NCBI GenBank assembly: GCA_964596615.1
Contig: CAZQUN010000001.1
Coordinates: 1,750-65,749, forward strand
DNA length: 64,000 bases
DNA from: an uncultured Candidatus Saccharibacteria bacterium
GTDB taxonomy: Bacteria; Patescibacteriota; Minisyncoccia; Portnoybacterales; UBA2143
Reading direction: 5' to 3'
Made by a program: the position numbers and the translations under genes. Position 1 is the first letter of the stretch. Every line of letters begins with the position of its first letter. Shown here piece after piece: positions 1-9,565 of this stretch. Under the pieces are notes generated by a model. It searched no databases. It saw nothing but the letters and a program-made list of their open reading frames with translations, and had not been told where the DNA came from.

Positions 1-143
1 GCCCCTATTAATTTAAGAGTTGAGTTTTCTGAAACCGCGATATCAACCAGCCGTCCATAAAGATACGGAATAACCGCAGCGATAGCAGAGCTAACCAAGG
101 CAACAGAGGCAATGAAATAAACCTTGCCCTTGTACTTCCTCAA
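1..143 (-). CDS. Partial CDS, N-terminus of an ABC-exporter-like transmembrane domain; runs off the window start
   Basis: Reverse-strand translation from a TTG at 141-143 reads RKYKGKVYFIASVALVSSAIAAVIPYLYGRLVDIAVSE, a typical N-terminal TM helix of an ABC exporter. The frame is open to position 1. Confidence 0.35.
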   Translation of the reverse strand, partial: MRKYKGKVYFIASVALVSSAIAAVIPYLYGRLVDIAVSENSTLKLIG

Positions 144-168
144 ATAGCCCCAGATAATTTTTGAGTCC

Positions 169-1305
169 TTAAATATTTCCATTTCTAATATTCTTCTTAA
201 TTTCTTCCATAAACCGAGCCATAAACCAGAGATTATGATAAGTTGCCAGACGAGCACCAAGAATTTCCTTGGCTTTAAATAAATGATTTAAATAAGCTCG
301 GGAGTAATTCTGACAAACAGCACAAGAACAATTCTTCATAATCGGTTTTTTATCATTCTTGTATATTGATTTTAGAATATTTAACTCTCCCTGTGAAGTC
401 AGGAAAGTTCCATGCCGGGCTAATCTTGTCGGATAGACACAATCAAACAAATCTATTCCTCTCTTAACCGCCCCTTTAATATCATCCAAATAGCCAATGC
501 CCAATAAATGACGGGGTTTGTTTTCCGGTAAATAAGGAATAATCCAATCAAGGGTCTTATTCATTTCCTTTTTCCCAAAAGCGCCGCCAATGCCAAATCC
601 ATCAAAATCCAATTGACCAATATATTTCGCACTCTCAATTCTCAAATCCTTAAAAGTCCCACCCTGGACAATACCAAAAAGAAGCTGGTCTTTCCTCTTT
701 TTAGCTTTCAAACATCTTTCTGCCCATTGATGAGTTCTTTCTATTGCTTTTTTAGTGTAATTGTAATCATCTAAAGGCGAAGTACATTCATCAAAATTAA
801 AGATAATATCAGCCCCTAAATCCTCCTGGATTTTAATTGAAGTTTCCGGAGTAAAGCGATGTTTTGAACCATCCAAATAAGAAGTAAAGGTCACTCCATC
901 ATTGTCTATTTTAACCAATTTACCTCTTCTTGAATTCTTTCCTGAAACATCATTTTCTCCCTTAAATAGTTTTCCAACGCTCGAATCCAATCCAGCCCCT
1001 AAACTAAAAACTTGGAAGCCTCCGGAATCGGTTGTAATTGGACCAGACCAATTGATAAACTTATGAAGTCCGCCCATTTTTTTAATTAATTTATGACCGG
1101 GCTGTAAATACAAATGGTAGGTATTGGACAAGATTGCTTCAAAACCAATTTCTTTAATATCTTCCGGGGTTAAACTTTTAACCGTTGCTTTAGTTGCCAC
1201 AGGAAAAAAAGCCGGAGTTTGAATATTTCCGTGTTTTGTTTTAACCAGCCCTATTCGGGCTTTTGATTTTTTGCTTTTTTTTACAATCTTGAACATCGTA
1301 TCCAA
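169..1305 (-). CDS. tgt: Queuine tRNA-ribosyltransferase (tRNA-guanine transglycosylase)
   Basis: 378-aa ORF with the conserved TGT core (LVKTKHGNIQTPAFFPVAT, DSGGFQVFSLG) and a C-terminal CxCxxC zinc motif (CSCAVCQNYSRAYLNHL). Confidence 0.9.
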   Translation of the reverse strand: MDTMFKIVKKSKKSKARIGLVKTKHGNIQTPAFFPVATKATVKSLTPEDIKEIGFEAILSNTYHLYLQPGHKLIKKMGGLHKFINWSGPITTDSGGFQVFSLGAGLDSSVGKLFKGENDVSGKNSRRGKLVKIDNDGVTFTSYLDGSKHRFTPETSIKIQEDLGADIIFNFDECTSPLDDYNYTKKAIERTHQWAERCLKAKKRKDQLLFGIVQGGTFKDLRIESAKYIGQLDFDGFGIGGAFGKKEMNKTLDWIIPYLPENKPRHLLGIGYLDDIKGAVKRGIDLFDCVYPTRLARHGTFLTSQGELNILKSIYKNDKKPIMKNCSCAVCQNYSRAYLNHLFKAKEILGARLATYHNLWFMARFMEEIKKNIRNGNI

Positions 1306-1745
1306 TAACCAGTCGCTCCAAAAGCGACTGAAACATTTAATGATTCTTTTTTACCCGACATGGGCAAATGAATAATTTGATCAGCTTTTTTTAAAACACT
1401 CTTTGAAACTCCTTTAATTTCATTTCCAAGAACTAAAGCCAAAGGAAACTTTGGCTTGAATCGGGTATAGGGCAAACTATTTTTAGTTTGCTCTAGAACA
1501 ATGATATTAACTTTTTCTTTTTTAAGCTTATCAATTATTCGCCAAACTTGCCAGTGATGTTCCCAATCAACATTTTTTTCAGCGCCTAAAGCAGTTTTTG
1601 AAATTTTAGAATGAGGCGGTTGGCCGCAAATTCCAGTTAAAAAAACCTTGGTTACCCCCAAGGCATCAGCCGTTCGAAAGATTGAACCAATATTTTCCAA
1701 GCTGCGAATATTGTCGCAAATTACATAAAATCGTTGTTTTTTCAT
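1281..1745 (-). CDS. SpoU/TrmH-family RNA 2'-O-methyltransferase
   Basis: 154-aa ORF with SPOUT-class motifs (LENIGSIFRTADALGV; LVLGNEIKGVS; IHLPMSG). It overlaps the tgt start. Confidence 0.75.
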   Translation of the reverse strand: MKKQRFYVICDNIRSLENIGSIFRTADALGVTKVFLTGICGQPPHSKISKTALGAEKNVDWEHHWQVWRIIDKLKKEKVNIIVLEQTKNSLPYTRFKPKFPLALVLGNEIKGVSKSVLKKADQIIHLPMSGKKESLNVSVAFGATGYWIRCSRL

Positions 1746-1794
1746 TATTTAAAGTTTTGGGGCTACCGATTTTAATATTCGGTAGCCCACAGAT

Positions 1795-2127
1795 TCAATA
1801 GTCGTTTCCGAGGCGAACTTCGTGAAATCTCTGATGCCTGAAAGCATCAAGGGGAATGCTCTTTTCTTTCTCTGGTTCCTGCTCAAAATCAAGTTTTATA
1901 CCCAACTCATGAAGAATCTGTAAAAATTCAAACATCAAGTCATTATACCGGTCCATATTAAAACATTTTAGAATTTTTCCCGAATACCGGTCCCGAAACT
2001 TAATGTTCACCCTAATGAGAAATGTTCTAATATGTTCTTCGTTAAATTCCCCAGAATCAAGAAGCTCTTTTGTTATTCCCTTAAATAATTTTCTTTGATC
2101 AGGTAAGAAAAATTTTTTTCTTTTCAT
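1795..2127 (-). CDS. Hypothetical protein (110 aa)
   Basis: Intact ORF in the same orientation as its neighbours; no recognisable motif. Confidence 0.45.
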   Translation of the reverse strand: MKRKKFFLPDQRKLFKGITKELLDSGEFNEEHIRTFLIRVNIKFRDRYSGKILKCFNMDRYNDLMFEFLQILHELGIKLDFEQEPEKEKSIPLDAFRHQRFHEVRLGNDY

Positions 2128-2247
2128 TCCTGGCCTCTTCAGTTAAGTTAATGTGCATATACGCAATCACCACACCCTGCCTCCATCATAGGGTGCTTAT
2201 TGGCAATGTTATCAATACCATACCAAAAAGAACTTTAATTGTCAACC

Positions 2248-3264
2248 CTAAAATAATTTCTTGGCTTCTTGCCAAAAAGAATCATTACCATCTATTTTCC
2301 TCCGATACCACCATTCAACCCCCCAGAAATAGGCTTCGTCAAGGCCGGTCTTTTTAGTATATTGAATAATATTCTTGAAAGCAGCTAAATCCATTGACTT
2401 ATTCTGCTCTTCAACCGAGATTTCGTAAATCATTTTCTTACTCCAGGGTTCGCCCTGAAGTTCAACAATGAAAACTTTTTCTATTCCAGTCAGCCATTTA
2501 ACAAAATCTGCTCTTCTGCCGTAGAAAATTGAAGGAATTGGATATTTAAAATGGCCAAGCAAGTCATTCCAGATTGTCCGGTAAAGAGTTGTTCCTAAAA
2601 TATCGCCCTTAATGGCTGGCTGGGTCCAACTGCTTAATTCCCCACTGGCAGTCAAAAGAACCGGTCTTCCTTTTGGATCCAAGCTTTTGACAAGAGATAT
2701 TTCCTTATCAAGAAAATCTTTGTCCAAAGACGGACATTCGCCAAAACCTATTAAAAACGGCTCGTTTTCAACCTGCCAGATTTTAATTGAACTTTCATCC
2801 CGGTAATGCTTAACAACCTCCCCTATTACCCCTAATACCCTCTCCTGCTGTTCTGATTCGGGCATATCTCTCGCCCATCCGGGAATATGACATTCCGGCC
2901 AACGAGGAAGTTTCCTGCCAACCGCTAGGATAATCTCAACACCTCTTTTTCTGGCTTCCCTGATTTGCCAATCAAGATCATCAAAGAAAAAATTGTCTTT
3001 TTCCGGCTCAACATTCGGCCAATAAGCAATCAAACGCATTTTCCTGACCCCTAAATCATCAAGCATTTCGATATAGACCTCTTTCCACTCCAGGCCCATT
3101 TGCTCGGTAAACTGCTGACTGAATGTAACGCCAAAAGTAACCTCTCTTTCTGATTCGTCTCCGCCAAAGAAATAGAAAAAAGCAACAATACCAAGAACGA
3201 AAAACAAAAGAAGAAGTATTTTAATAATCCGCCAAGGACTTAAGATGTCTTTAAAAAACGCCAT
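2248..3264 (-). CDS. Membrane-anchored glycoside hydrolase, GH5/cellulase-like
   Basis: N-terminal TM anchor (IIKILLLLFFVLGIVAFFYFF); catalytic-acid-like motif WQVENEP; TIM-barrel glycosidase-like sequence. Confidence 0.55.
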   Translation of the reverse strand: MAFFKDILSPWRIIKILLLLFFVLGIVAFFYFFGGDESEREVTFGVTFSQQFTEQMGLEWKEVYIEMLDDLGVRKMRLIAYWPNVEPEKDNFFFDDLDWQIREARKRGVEIILAVGRKLPRWPECHIPGWARDMPESEQQERVLGVIGEVVKHYRDESSIKIWQVENEPFLIGFGECPSLDKDFLDKEISLVKSLDPKGRPVLLTASGELSSWTQPAIKGDILGTTLYRTIWNDLLGHFKYPIPSIFYGRRADFVKWLTGIEKVFIVELQGEPWSKKMIYEISVEEQNKSMDLAAFKNIIQYTKKTGLDEAYFWGVEWWYRRKIDGNDSFWQEAKKLF

Positions 3265-4171
3265 TTTGAAAAGCTAAAATTCCCAGACCAAGACCAATTA
3301 AGATAATGGCAATGGCTTTTTGAATAAGAGCTCCTTCGCTAATCTGTTCTTTAATGATCTGAGGAAATTTCCTGGAAAGAAAAATGCCAAGAACCAGAAG
3401 AAAAACATATTGAATCCCTTGAAGAGCATTAACCAGAGAAACGCTCCCCAAGAATATTGCGTAATTAAGCAGAATAAATCCTCCGGCTGAAAGGCCCTTG
3501 CTCAAAACAACCAAAATTCCAGTTCTGGCCTTTGTCCGACGACTTGAATCAAGGATGACCCGACGACTAGCCGGCAAGAGAAAAAGCAATCCAGCCCCTA
3601 AAATCCCTCCAGAGCGAATCCAAATAAAGCCGTTGATAAAGGGCTGATAAGAAAATATGTATTTAGTCAAAACAAATGACCCAGAGAAGAATAAAGCAGC
3701 TAACAGAGCAATCGGCAACCTCTTGATTAAAGGTTGTCGACCGGGAACCCTTTTGCCTTTTCTCGGCCAAAGCATAACCATTCCACCCAGGACGAACAAA
3801 GAAAAAGCAATTAATTGTTCGCTGCCCAATCTTTCAGATAGGAATAGATAGCTTAAAATTAGGGTAAAAATGGGAACAGCCCCGCCAATAATAGGAGTAA
3901 TTCTTGAAACCTCGCCTATTTGAATTGACTTGTAGAAAAACAAAACAGCCAGGACAAAGAAAGTGCCGGCTGAAAAACTAATAATTATCTGGCTAACCGG
4001 CAAAAGATTAAAACCAAAGGGAATTAAAACCAAGGCCAGAGCGCCAAAAATCCCGACATAAAAAGCATAAGCTGCCGGCCGGAGATGAGTCCGGGAAAGA
4101 ATATATTTATCAATAACAAAAACAACCGCTGAAATGGAATGAGCAAAAATAGCAATTAGAAGCCAGTTCAT
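3251..4171 (-). CDS. DMT/EamA-family integral membrane transporter
   Basis: 306 aa with ~10 predicted TM helices in two repeated halves. Start and stop overlap the flanking glycosidase genes. Confidence 0.65.
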   Translation of the reverse strand: MNWLLIAIFAHSISAVVFVIDKYILSRTHLRPAAYAFYVGIFGALALVLIPFGFNLLPVSQIIISFSAGTFFVLAVLFFYKSIQIGEVSRITPIIGGAVPIFTLILSYLFLSERLGSEQLIAFSLFVLGGMVMLWPRKGKRVPGRQPLIKRLPIALLAALFFSGSFVLTKYIFSYQPFINGFIWIRSGGILGAGLLFLLPASRRVILDSSRRTKARTGILVVLSKGLSAGGFILLNYAIFLGSVSLVNALQGIQYVFLLVLGIFLSRKFPQIIKEQISEGALIQKAIAIILIGLGLGILAFQNGVF

Positions 4172-5358
4172 AATTTATTCTCCTGACAAATTTTAGCGTA
4201 CTCAAACGCGCTTAGCCTAATCTTCCTTTCAAAGGATTGGTAATTAACTTCGATTAAACCAAATCTTGGCCAAAAACCCTTATCCCACTCAAAGTTATCA
4301 AGCAAAGACCAATAAAAATACCCTCCGACTTTAATTCCCTCTTCTATGGCTTTATGCGTCCAGCGCAGATGATCTCTAATGAAATCGATTCTTTTCTTAT
4401 CATCTCTATCAGCAATTCCGTTTTCAGTAATATAGATCGGCTTATTGTATTTTTTCAAACCTTTCAAAACATGGTAAATACCTTTTGGATAAATTTCCCA
4501 GCCCAGGTCATTAATAGATTCATTTTTATTACCAAAAAGACGTTGATGGAAATAGTAATTCAGACCAATAAAATCCATTTCTATCTTATTCAAAAAATAT
4601 TTATTCCAGAAATATCCAATCAAGGGAATATTTTCAAAAGCGATATTGTTTTTTGAAATTCCAATCTGGCAATCTAAATCAATCAGACAAAGAGAAGAAT
4701 AGGCCAACTGATGAGCTTTAGCCAGATTTTTAAGAACCTTAAAATATTTAAAAATACTTTTTTTCTGGGGAGGCCAAACACCCCGGTAATATGAATTGGA
4801 AGCATAGATATTCGGCTCATTAATCGTTATCCAGAACCTAACATCATTAAATAAATTCTCTCCGATAATCTTAACATAACGGTCAAAATAGTACGGCGCT
4901 TTCGGATTCAACCAGCCACCTTTTTCAGCTAGCCAATTGGGCAGAGTAAAATGCCAGAGAGTAACAAAAGGTTCAATCCCCCTTTCCCGCAGCGCTTTCA
5001 AAACCTGACGGTAGTGCTCGATTTCTTTTTGATCAATTTTTCCTTCTTTCGGCTCTGTTCTTGACCATTCAATTGAAAAACGATGAGCATTATGATTTAA
5101 TTCCTTAGCCAAATCAAAATCCTCCTTAAAATGATGGTAATGGTCGCAAGCCCGGCCGGAAATATATGTTTTCTCATTAAACATTTCTGGGAATTTCTCC
5201 CGTTGCCATTTCTGCCAATAGGTTTTCGACTCTTTAACCAATCTTTTAGCATTCTCCTTTTCCCATTCTGACCAATCATTAAGATTGCCCCCTTCAACCT
5301 GATGAGAGCTGGTCGCCGCGCCCCAATAAAAGTTGTCCGGAAACCTCATTTCTGGCAT
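4168..5358 (-). CDS. GH1-family beta-glucosidase / beta-galactosidase
   Basis: N-terminal GH1 signature FPDNFYWGAATSSHQVEGG and nucleophile motif YITENG; TLWHFTLP and INEPN motifs. Confidence 0.85.
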   Translation of the reverse strand: MPEMRFPDNFYWGAATSSHQVEGGNLNDWSEWEKENAKRLVKESKTYWQKWQREKFPEMFNEKTYISGRACDHYHHFKEDFDLAKELNHNAHRFSIEWSRTEPKEGKIDQKEIEHYRQVLKALRERGIEPFVTLWHFTLPNWLAEKGGWLNPKAPYYFDRYVKIIGENLFNDVRFWITINEPNIYASNSYYRGVWPPQKKSIFKYFKVLKNLAKAHQLAYSSLCLIDLDCQIGISKNNIAFENIPLIGYFWNKYFLNKIEMDFIGLNYYFHQRLFGNKNESINDLGWEIYPKGIYHVLKGLKKYNKPIYITENGIADRDDKKRIDFIRDHLRWTHKAIEEGIKVGGYFYWSLLDNFEWDKGFWPRFGLIEVNYQSFERKIRLSAFEYAKICQENKL

Positions 5359-6161
5359 TTAGGACAATAAAAAGTTGAACGAGTGTTCATCTTTATTCTC
5401 TTAATTTTACCTCCGCAAACAGGACAAGATTGTCCCTCCTTTTGATAAACTTTAGCAATTGACAAAAAATTACCTTTTTGACCCTGGGCATCTAGATAAT
5501 CATTAGCCGAACTGCCTTTCTTTTTAATCGCCAAATTAAGAATTCTTTTAACCGAAGAATAAATCTTTTTAATTTCTTCTTGTTTTAATGTTTCTACTTT
5601 TCGAATTGGCAGAACCTTAGCCAGAAAAAGAATTTCACTCGCATAAATATTGCCAATCCCGACAATAAAGGTCTGATCCATTAAAAGAGTCTTTATCTTG
5701 GATTTTTTTCTTTTTTCTAATAACTCCCTGAATAATTTAAGATTAAATTCTTTTGATAAGGGTTCTGGTCCGTATTTTTCTTTTTCAATTAAATCATTCA
5801 ATCCTTTTTTATCAACAATTTTAACATAGCCGAATTGTCTCAAATCATTATGAACCAAACGATTCTTGCCGGATAAATAATAGACCAAATGGCTGTGCTT
5901 CCCAACCTCCCCATTATAAATCACCTGCCCGCTTAATTTAAGGTGGATAATCAGAAAATGCTTGTTAGACAATTCAATAATGAGAAGTTTTCCCCTTCGG
6001 GAAAAATTAACAATCTTTTTTCCTTCAACCAGCTTTTTAAAATCCTTTAAAGGATGTTTAACTAGTTTAGCCAGATGAACATCAACTTTTTCTATCTTTT
6101 TCCCTTTAACTATTCCATTCAACTGGGATTTAATTGTTTCAACTTCAGGTAATTCCGGCAT
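5346..6161 (-). CDS. mutM: Formamidopyrimidine-DNA glycosylase
   Basis: N-terminal MPELPEVE catalytic-proline motif and a C-terminal zinc finger CPVCGGKIKRIKMNTRSTFYCPKCQ. Confidence 0.9.
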   Translation of the reverse strand: MPELPEVETIKSQLNGIVKGKKIEKVDVHLAKLVKHPLKDFKKLVEGKKIVNFSRRGKLLIIELSNKHFLIIHLKLSGQVIYNGEVGKHSHLVYYLSGKNRLVHNDLRQFGYVKIVDKKGLNDLIEKEKYGPEPLSKEFNLKLFRELLEKRKKSKIKTLLMDQTFIVGIGNIYASEILFLAKVLPIRKVETLKQEEIKKIYSSVKRILNLAIKKKGSSANDYLDAQGQKGNFLSIAKVYQKEGQSCPVCGGKIKRIKMNTRSTFYCPKCQK

Positions 6162-6164
6162 ATT

Positions 6165-7220
6165 TTACTCCCTGGGCGGTTCCTTGTATTGGCTAGTAAC
6201 CAGAACATCTTTTAGGGCATCAATATCTTCTAAAACCATGCCTGTTCCCCGGACAACCGCTGTTAAAGGATCTTCGACTAATTTAACCGGCATTTCAGTC
6301 TGTTCCTCGATTAATTCATTTAGGCCCCGTAAAAGACCGCCGCCGCCGACTAAATATATTCCTCTTTTCATAATATCAGCGACCAATTCCGGCGGAGTTT
6401 CTTCAATACTTGACTTAATTTCATTGACCAGGGTTTTAACCGACCGGGACAAGGCCTTTCTTATCTGGCTGTCGTCAATAGTAATTTCTTTTGGTAATCC
6501 GGTAACAATATCCCTTCCTCTCATACTGGTTTCCAGTCTTTCTTCCAAGTGATAGGCCGAACCAATTTCTAATTTAATATCTTCAGCAGTTTTTTCTCCC
6601 AATAAAAGATTAAATTCATCTCTGGCGTAGTTAATAATATCCTCATTTAATTTATCGCCGGCGGTTCGTAAACTCCGCGAAACAACAATTCCTCCCAAAG
6701 AAATGACGGCAACCTCAGTTGTTCCCCCGCCAATATCAACAATCATATTGCCGGCGGCTTCCTGAACTGGTAATCGGATTCCAATTGCTGCCGCCATTGG
6801 TTCTTCAATCAGATAAACCTCTCTCGCTCCGGCGCTCCGAGTCGCATCTTCAACTGCCTTTTTTTCAACTTCGGTTACTCCCGAAGGAATACCGACCGCT
6901 ATTCTTGGCCGGGGAAGAATGGAAAAACTTTCCCGATGGACTTTGTCAATAAAGAATTTGAGCATTTGTTCGGTAACTTCAAAATCAGAAACAACTCCGG
7001 CAACTAAAGGCCGGGAGGCAATAATGTGTCCCGGCGTCCGACCAACCATTTTCTTGGCTTCCTGGCCAATTGAAAGAATTTGGCCGGTTTTCTGATTAAC
7101 AGCCACGACCGAAGGCTCATTGATAACAATGCCCCGGCCTTTAACATAGACCAGGGTATTGGCAGTTCCTAAATCAATACCAATGTCTTTTGAAAAAAAT
7201 CCAAAGAGATTATTAAGCAT
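6165..7220 (-). CDS. mreB: Rod-shape-determining actin homolog MreB
   Basis: IGIDLGTANTLVYV, EPSVVA and DIGGGTTEVAVIS phosphate-binding motifs; 351 aa. Confidence 0.9.
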   Translation of the reverse strand: MLNNLFGFFSKDIGIDLGTANTLVYVKGRGIVINEPSVVAVNQKTGQILSIGQEAKKMVGRTPGHIIASRPLVAGVVSDFEVTEQMLKFFIDKVHRESFSILPRPRIAVGIPSGVTEVEKKAVEDATRSAGAREVYLIEEPMAAAIGIRLPVQEAAGNMIVDIGGGTTEVAVISLGGIVVSRSLRTAGDKLNEDIINYARDEFNLLLGEKTAEDIKLEIGSAYHLEERLETSMRGRDIVTGLPKEITIDDSQIRKALSRSVKTLVNEIKSSIEETPPELVADIMKRGIYLVGGGGLLRGLNELIEEQTEMPVKLVEDPLTAVVRGTGMVLEDIDALKDVLVTSQYKEPPRE

Positions 7221-7221
7221 A

Positions 7222-8457
7222 TTAACTTAAAACTTTAGCAACCTCCTCTATTCTAACCAATTCCGTCTTATCGCTTTCCCTCTTTTTTATTTCAACCGAA
7301 TCTTCTTTAATGGTCTTATCGCTAACAACCACCCGATAAGGAATACCAATCAAATCTGCATCAGCAAACTTCTCCCCGGCCGATTTATCCTCCCGGTCAT
7401 CATAGAGAACTTCAATCTCGTTTTTAATTAAATCCTGATAAAGTTTATCAGCCGTTTCTTTTATTCCCTCCAGGCCAATTAAATGAACCTTAAAAGGCGC
7501 GACAATCTCCGGCCAGATTATTCCCTTTTGATCATGGGACTTTTCAACCAGAACTCCCATTGCCCGGGTCGTCCCCCAGCCATAGCAGCCCATAAAAGGA
7601 TGTTTCTTTTTTCCTTTTTCATCAGTATAAGTCAGGTCAAAATCCTTACCATATTTCTGACCCAAATCAAAAACATTGCCAACTTCGGATGCCCGGGCTT
7701 TCTTGAGTTTGCCTTTTTTGCAGCCGGGACAATCATCGTTTTCCTTGTTTTTAGCAATTTCAAGATTAACGCAGAACTCGCAGGAAGGACAATACAGAAT
7801 ATTATCTTCGCCGGCATCAGTTAAAACCATGAATTCGTAGGAAACTTTTTCAGTAAAATCTCCCCCCGAAGCCTCGGTTACCTTGGCAACTAAACCCAAC
7901 CTTTTGTAGGATTCTAAATATGCTTTCTTAACAACTTCGTAAAATTCTTCAAAATCCTCCTGGCTTTCGTGAAAACTATACATATCTTTCATTTCAAACT
8001 CCCGACTTCTTAAAAGCCCCGATTTAGCTCTTAACTCATCCCTGAATTTCCAATGAATCTGATAGACAGATAAGGGTAAATCCTTGTAGCTCTGGATTGT
8101 TTCTTTAACTAAAGGAGTGACAATTTCTTCGTGGCTTTGGCCAAGGGCATAATCTTTATCAGTCCGGCTCTTGACTTTGAATAAAACATCAATATTATCC
8201 CAGCCACCGGTCTTTTTCCAGTTCTCGGCCGGATGAAGAGAAGGCATTAAAATCTCTTGTCCGCCAATTTTATCCATTTCTTCCCTGATAACATTTCTAA
8301 TCTTTTCTAGAACTAAAAGGCCAAGGGGTAGGTATGAATAAACCCCGGCCATGACTTTATAAACAAAACCGGCTCTAATTAAAAGCTGAGCATTAAGAGT
8401 TACCTTATCCTTAGGCGCTTGTTTAATTGTTTTGGTAAAAAGCTTTGATTGTCTCAT
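7222..8457 (-). CDS. proS: Prolyl-tRNA synthetase, short form with no INS editing domain
   Basis: Class II ProRS motifs (LLIRAGFV, YSYLPLGLLVLEKI, FRDE..RSREF, GWGTTRAMG) plus a C-terminal class IIa anticodon-binding domain. Only 411 aa; a Cys4 ribbon (CPSC...CPGC) sits where the bacterial INS domain normally is. Confidence 0.85.
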   Translation of the reverse strand: MRQSKLFTKTIKQAPKDKVTLNAQLLIRAGFVYKVMAGVYSYLPLGLLVLEKIRNVIREEMDKIGGQEILMPSLHPAENWKKTGGWDNIDVLFKVKSRTDKDYALGQSHEEIVTPLVKETIQSYKDLPLSVYQIHWKFRDELRAKSGLLRSREFEMKDMYSFHESQEDFEEFYEVVKKAYLESYKRLGLVAKVTEASGGDFTEKVSYEFMVLTDAGEDNILYCPSCEFCVNLEIAKNKENDDCPGCKKGKLKKARASEVGNVFDLGQKYGKDFDLTYTDEKGKKKHPFMGCYGWGTTRAMGVLVEKSHDQKGIIWPEIVAPFKVHLIGLEGIKETADKLYQDLIKNEIEVLYDDREDKSAGEKFADADLIGIPYRVVVSDKTIKEDSVEIKKRESDKTELVRIEEVAKVLS

Positions 8458-8458
8458 A

Positions 8459-9562
8459 TTAGAATAATCTTACCACATCTCGCCAAGTAATGGCGAGCAT
8501 TAAAAGAATCAAAACAACGAAACCAATTGTATGAGAAATTCCTTCAATCTTCTGACTAACCGGCGACCCCTTAATTTTCTCTATCGCCAGGAAGAGCAGA
8601 CGACCGCCATCAAGGGCCGGGAATGGCAGAATATTAATAATGGCCAGATTAATGCTTAAAATTGCGGTGAACTGGAGGATATAGATAAAGCCTAATTGGG
8701 CTGCCTGTCCGGTTAAAGAAAATATGTAAACCGGGCCGCCGCCATCAATCATAGCTCCCCCAGTAGTTAATAGCTGCCAGATTAAACTAGCCAAAGTTAC
8801 AACAATTACCCCAATTAAAGTCAAGGCGCTGACAAAGCCCATCCAGATCGCCTGATACCAGGGCAATGAAACAATGGCTGTTTCTGACAAACCGATTCCT
8901 AAAGGCCCGTCATTTTCAGAAAAACTCGTCCGGGCAAATATCCTTTCTTCAAAAACTTCCTGACCCCTTTCGAGAACAACTCTGATTTCCTGACCCTTAT
9001 GAGCGTTGATAAATGACTGGGCCTGTTCTGTTGTTGTGATTAATAGGGTTTCTTTTCCGAATGATAATTCTTTAATAGTATCGCCGATTCTTATCCTGGC
9101 TTCTTCAGCCGGAGAACCGGAAACAATCTGGGTAATTTGAACTTTAACATCTTTGAAATCATCCGTCTGGCCTTCGTTAATAATTGTCGGCAAACCAATA
9201 AAGTGGCCGATGCTTAATAAAAGGGCGGCTAAAAGAAAATTCATTATTACCCCGGATGATATAATCCAGATTCTTTTTCTGATTGATTGGTTGTAAAATG
9301 CTCTTTTCTCGTTTTCGGAACCAGCTTTTCCTTTTTTGCCGTCCTCACCAAAAATTTTAACAAAGCCGCCGATAGGCAAAAGGTTGAGAGAATAAATTGT
9401 TTCTCCTCTTTTAATGCCAAAAATCCTTGGTGGCAAGCCAAAGCCAAATTCCTCAATTTTAATTCCAGCCCGTTTAGCTGTAATAAAATGACCCAACTCA
9501 TGGACAAAGACCAAAAGCCCAAGAACCAGAATAAAAACAATAATTATTAGAAGTATTTCCAT
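8459..9562 (-). CDS. rseP: Site-2 zinc metalloprotease RseP/YluC family
   Basis: HELGH motif within TM1, a PDZ-like middle region, a C-terminal LDGG motif, and multiple TM helices. Confidence 0.85.
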   Translation of the reverse strand: MEILLIIIVFILVLGLLVFVHELGHFITAKRAGIKIEEFGFGLPPRIFGIKRGETIYSLNLLPIGGFVKIFGEDGKKGKAGSENEKRAFYNQSIRKRIWIISSGVIMNFLLAALLLSIGHFIGLPTIINEGQTDDFKDVKVQITQIVSGSPAEEARIRIGDTIKELSFGKETLLITTTEQAQSFINAHKGQEIRVVLERGQEVFEERIFARTSFSENDGPLGIGLSETAIVSLPWYQAIWMGFVSALTLIGVIVVTLASLIWQLLTTGGAMIDGGGPVYIFSLTGQAAQLGFIYILQFTAILSINLAIINILPFPALDGGRLLFLAIEKIKGSPVSQKIEGISHTIGFVVLILLMLAITWRDVVRLF

Positions 9563-9565
9563 ATA

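Noticed and set aside
2151-2357. Plus-strand 68-aa ORF
   Set aside because: It overlaps the 3' end of the GH5-like gene on the opposite strand and has no SD.
6184-6552. Plus-strand 122-aa ORF (also 6719-6952, 7483-7824 and 15420-15920)
   Set aside because: These sit wholly inside and antisense to the well-supported mreB, proS and second-mreB coding sequences; typical shadow ORFs.
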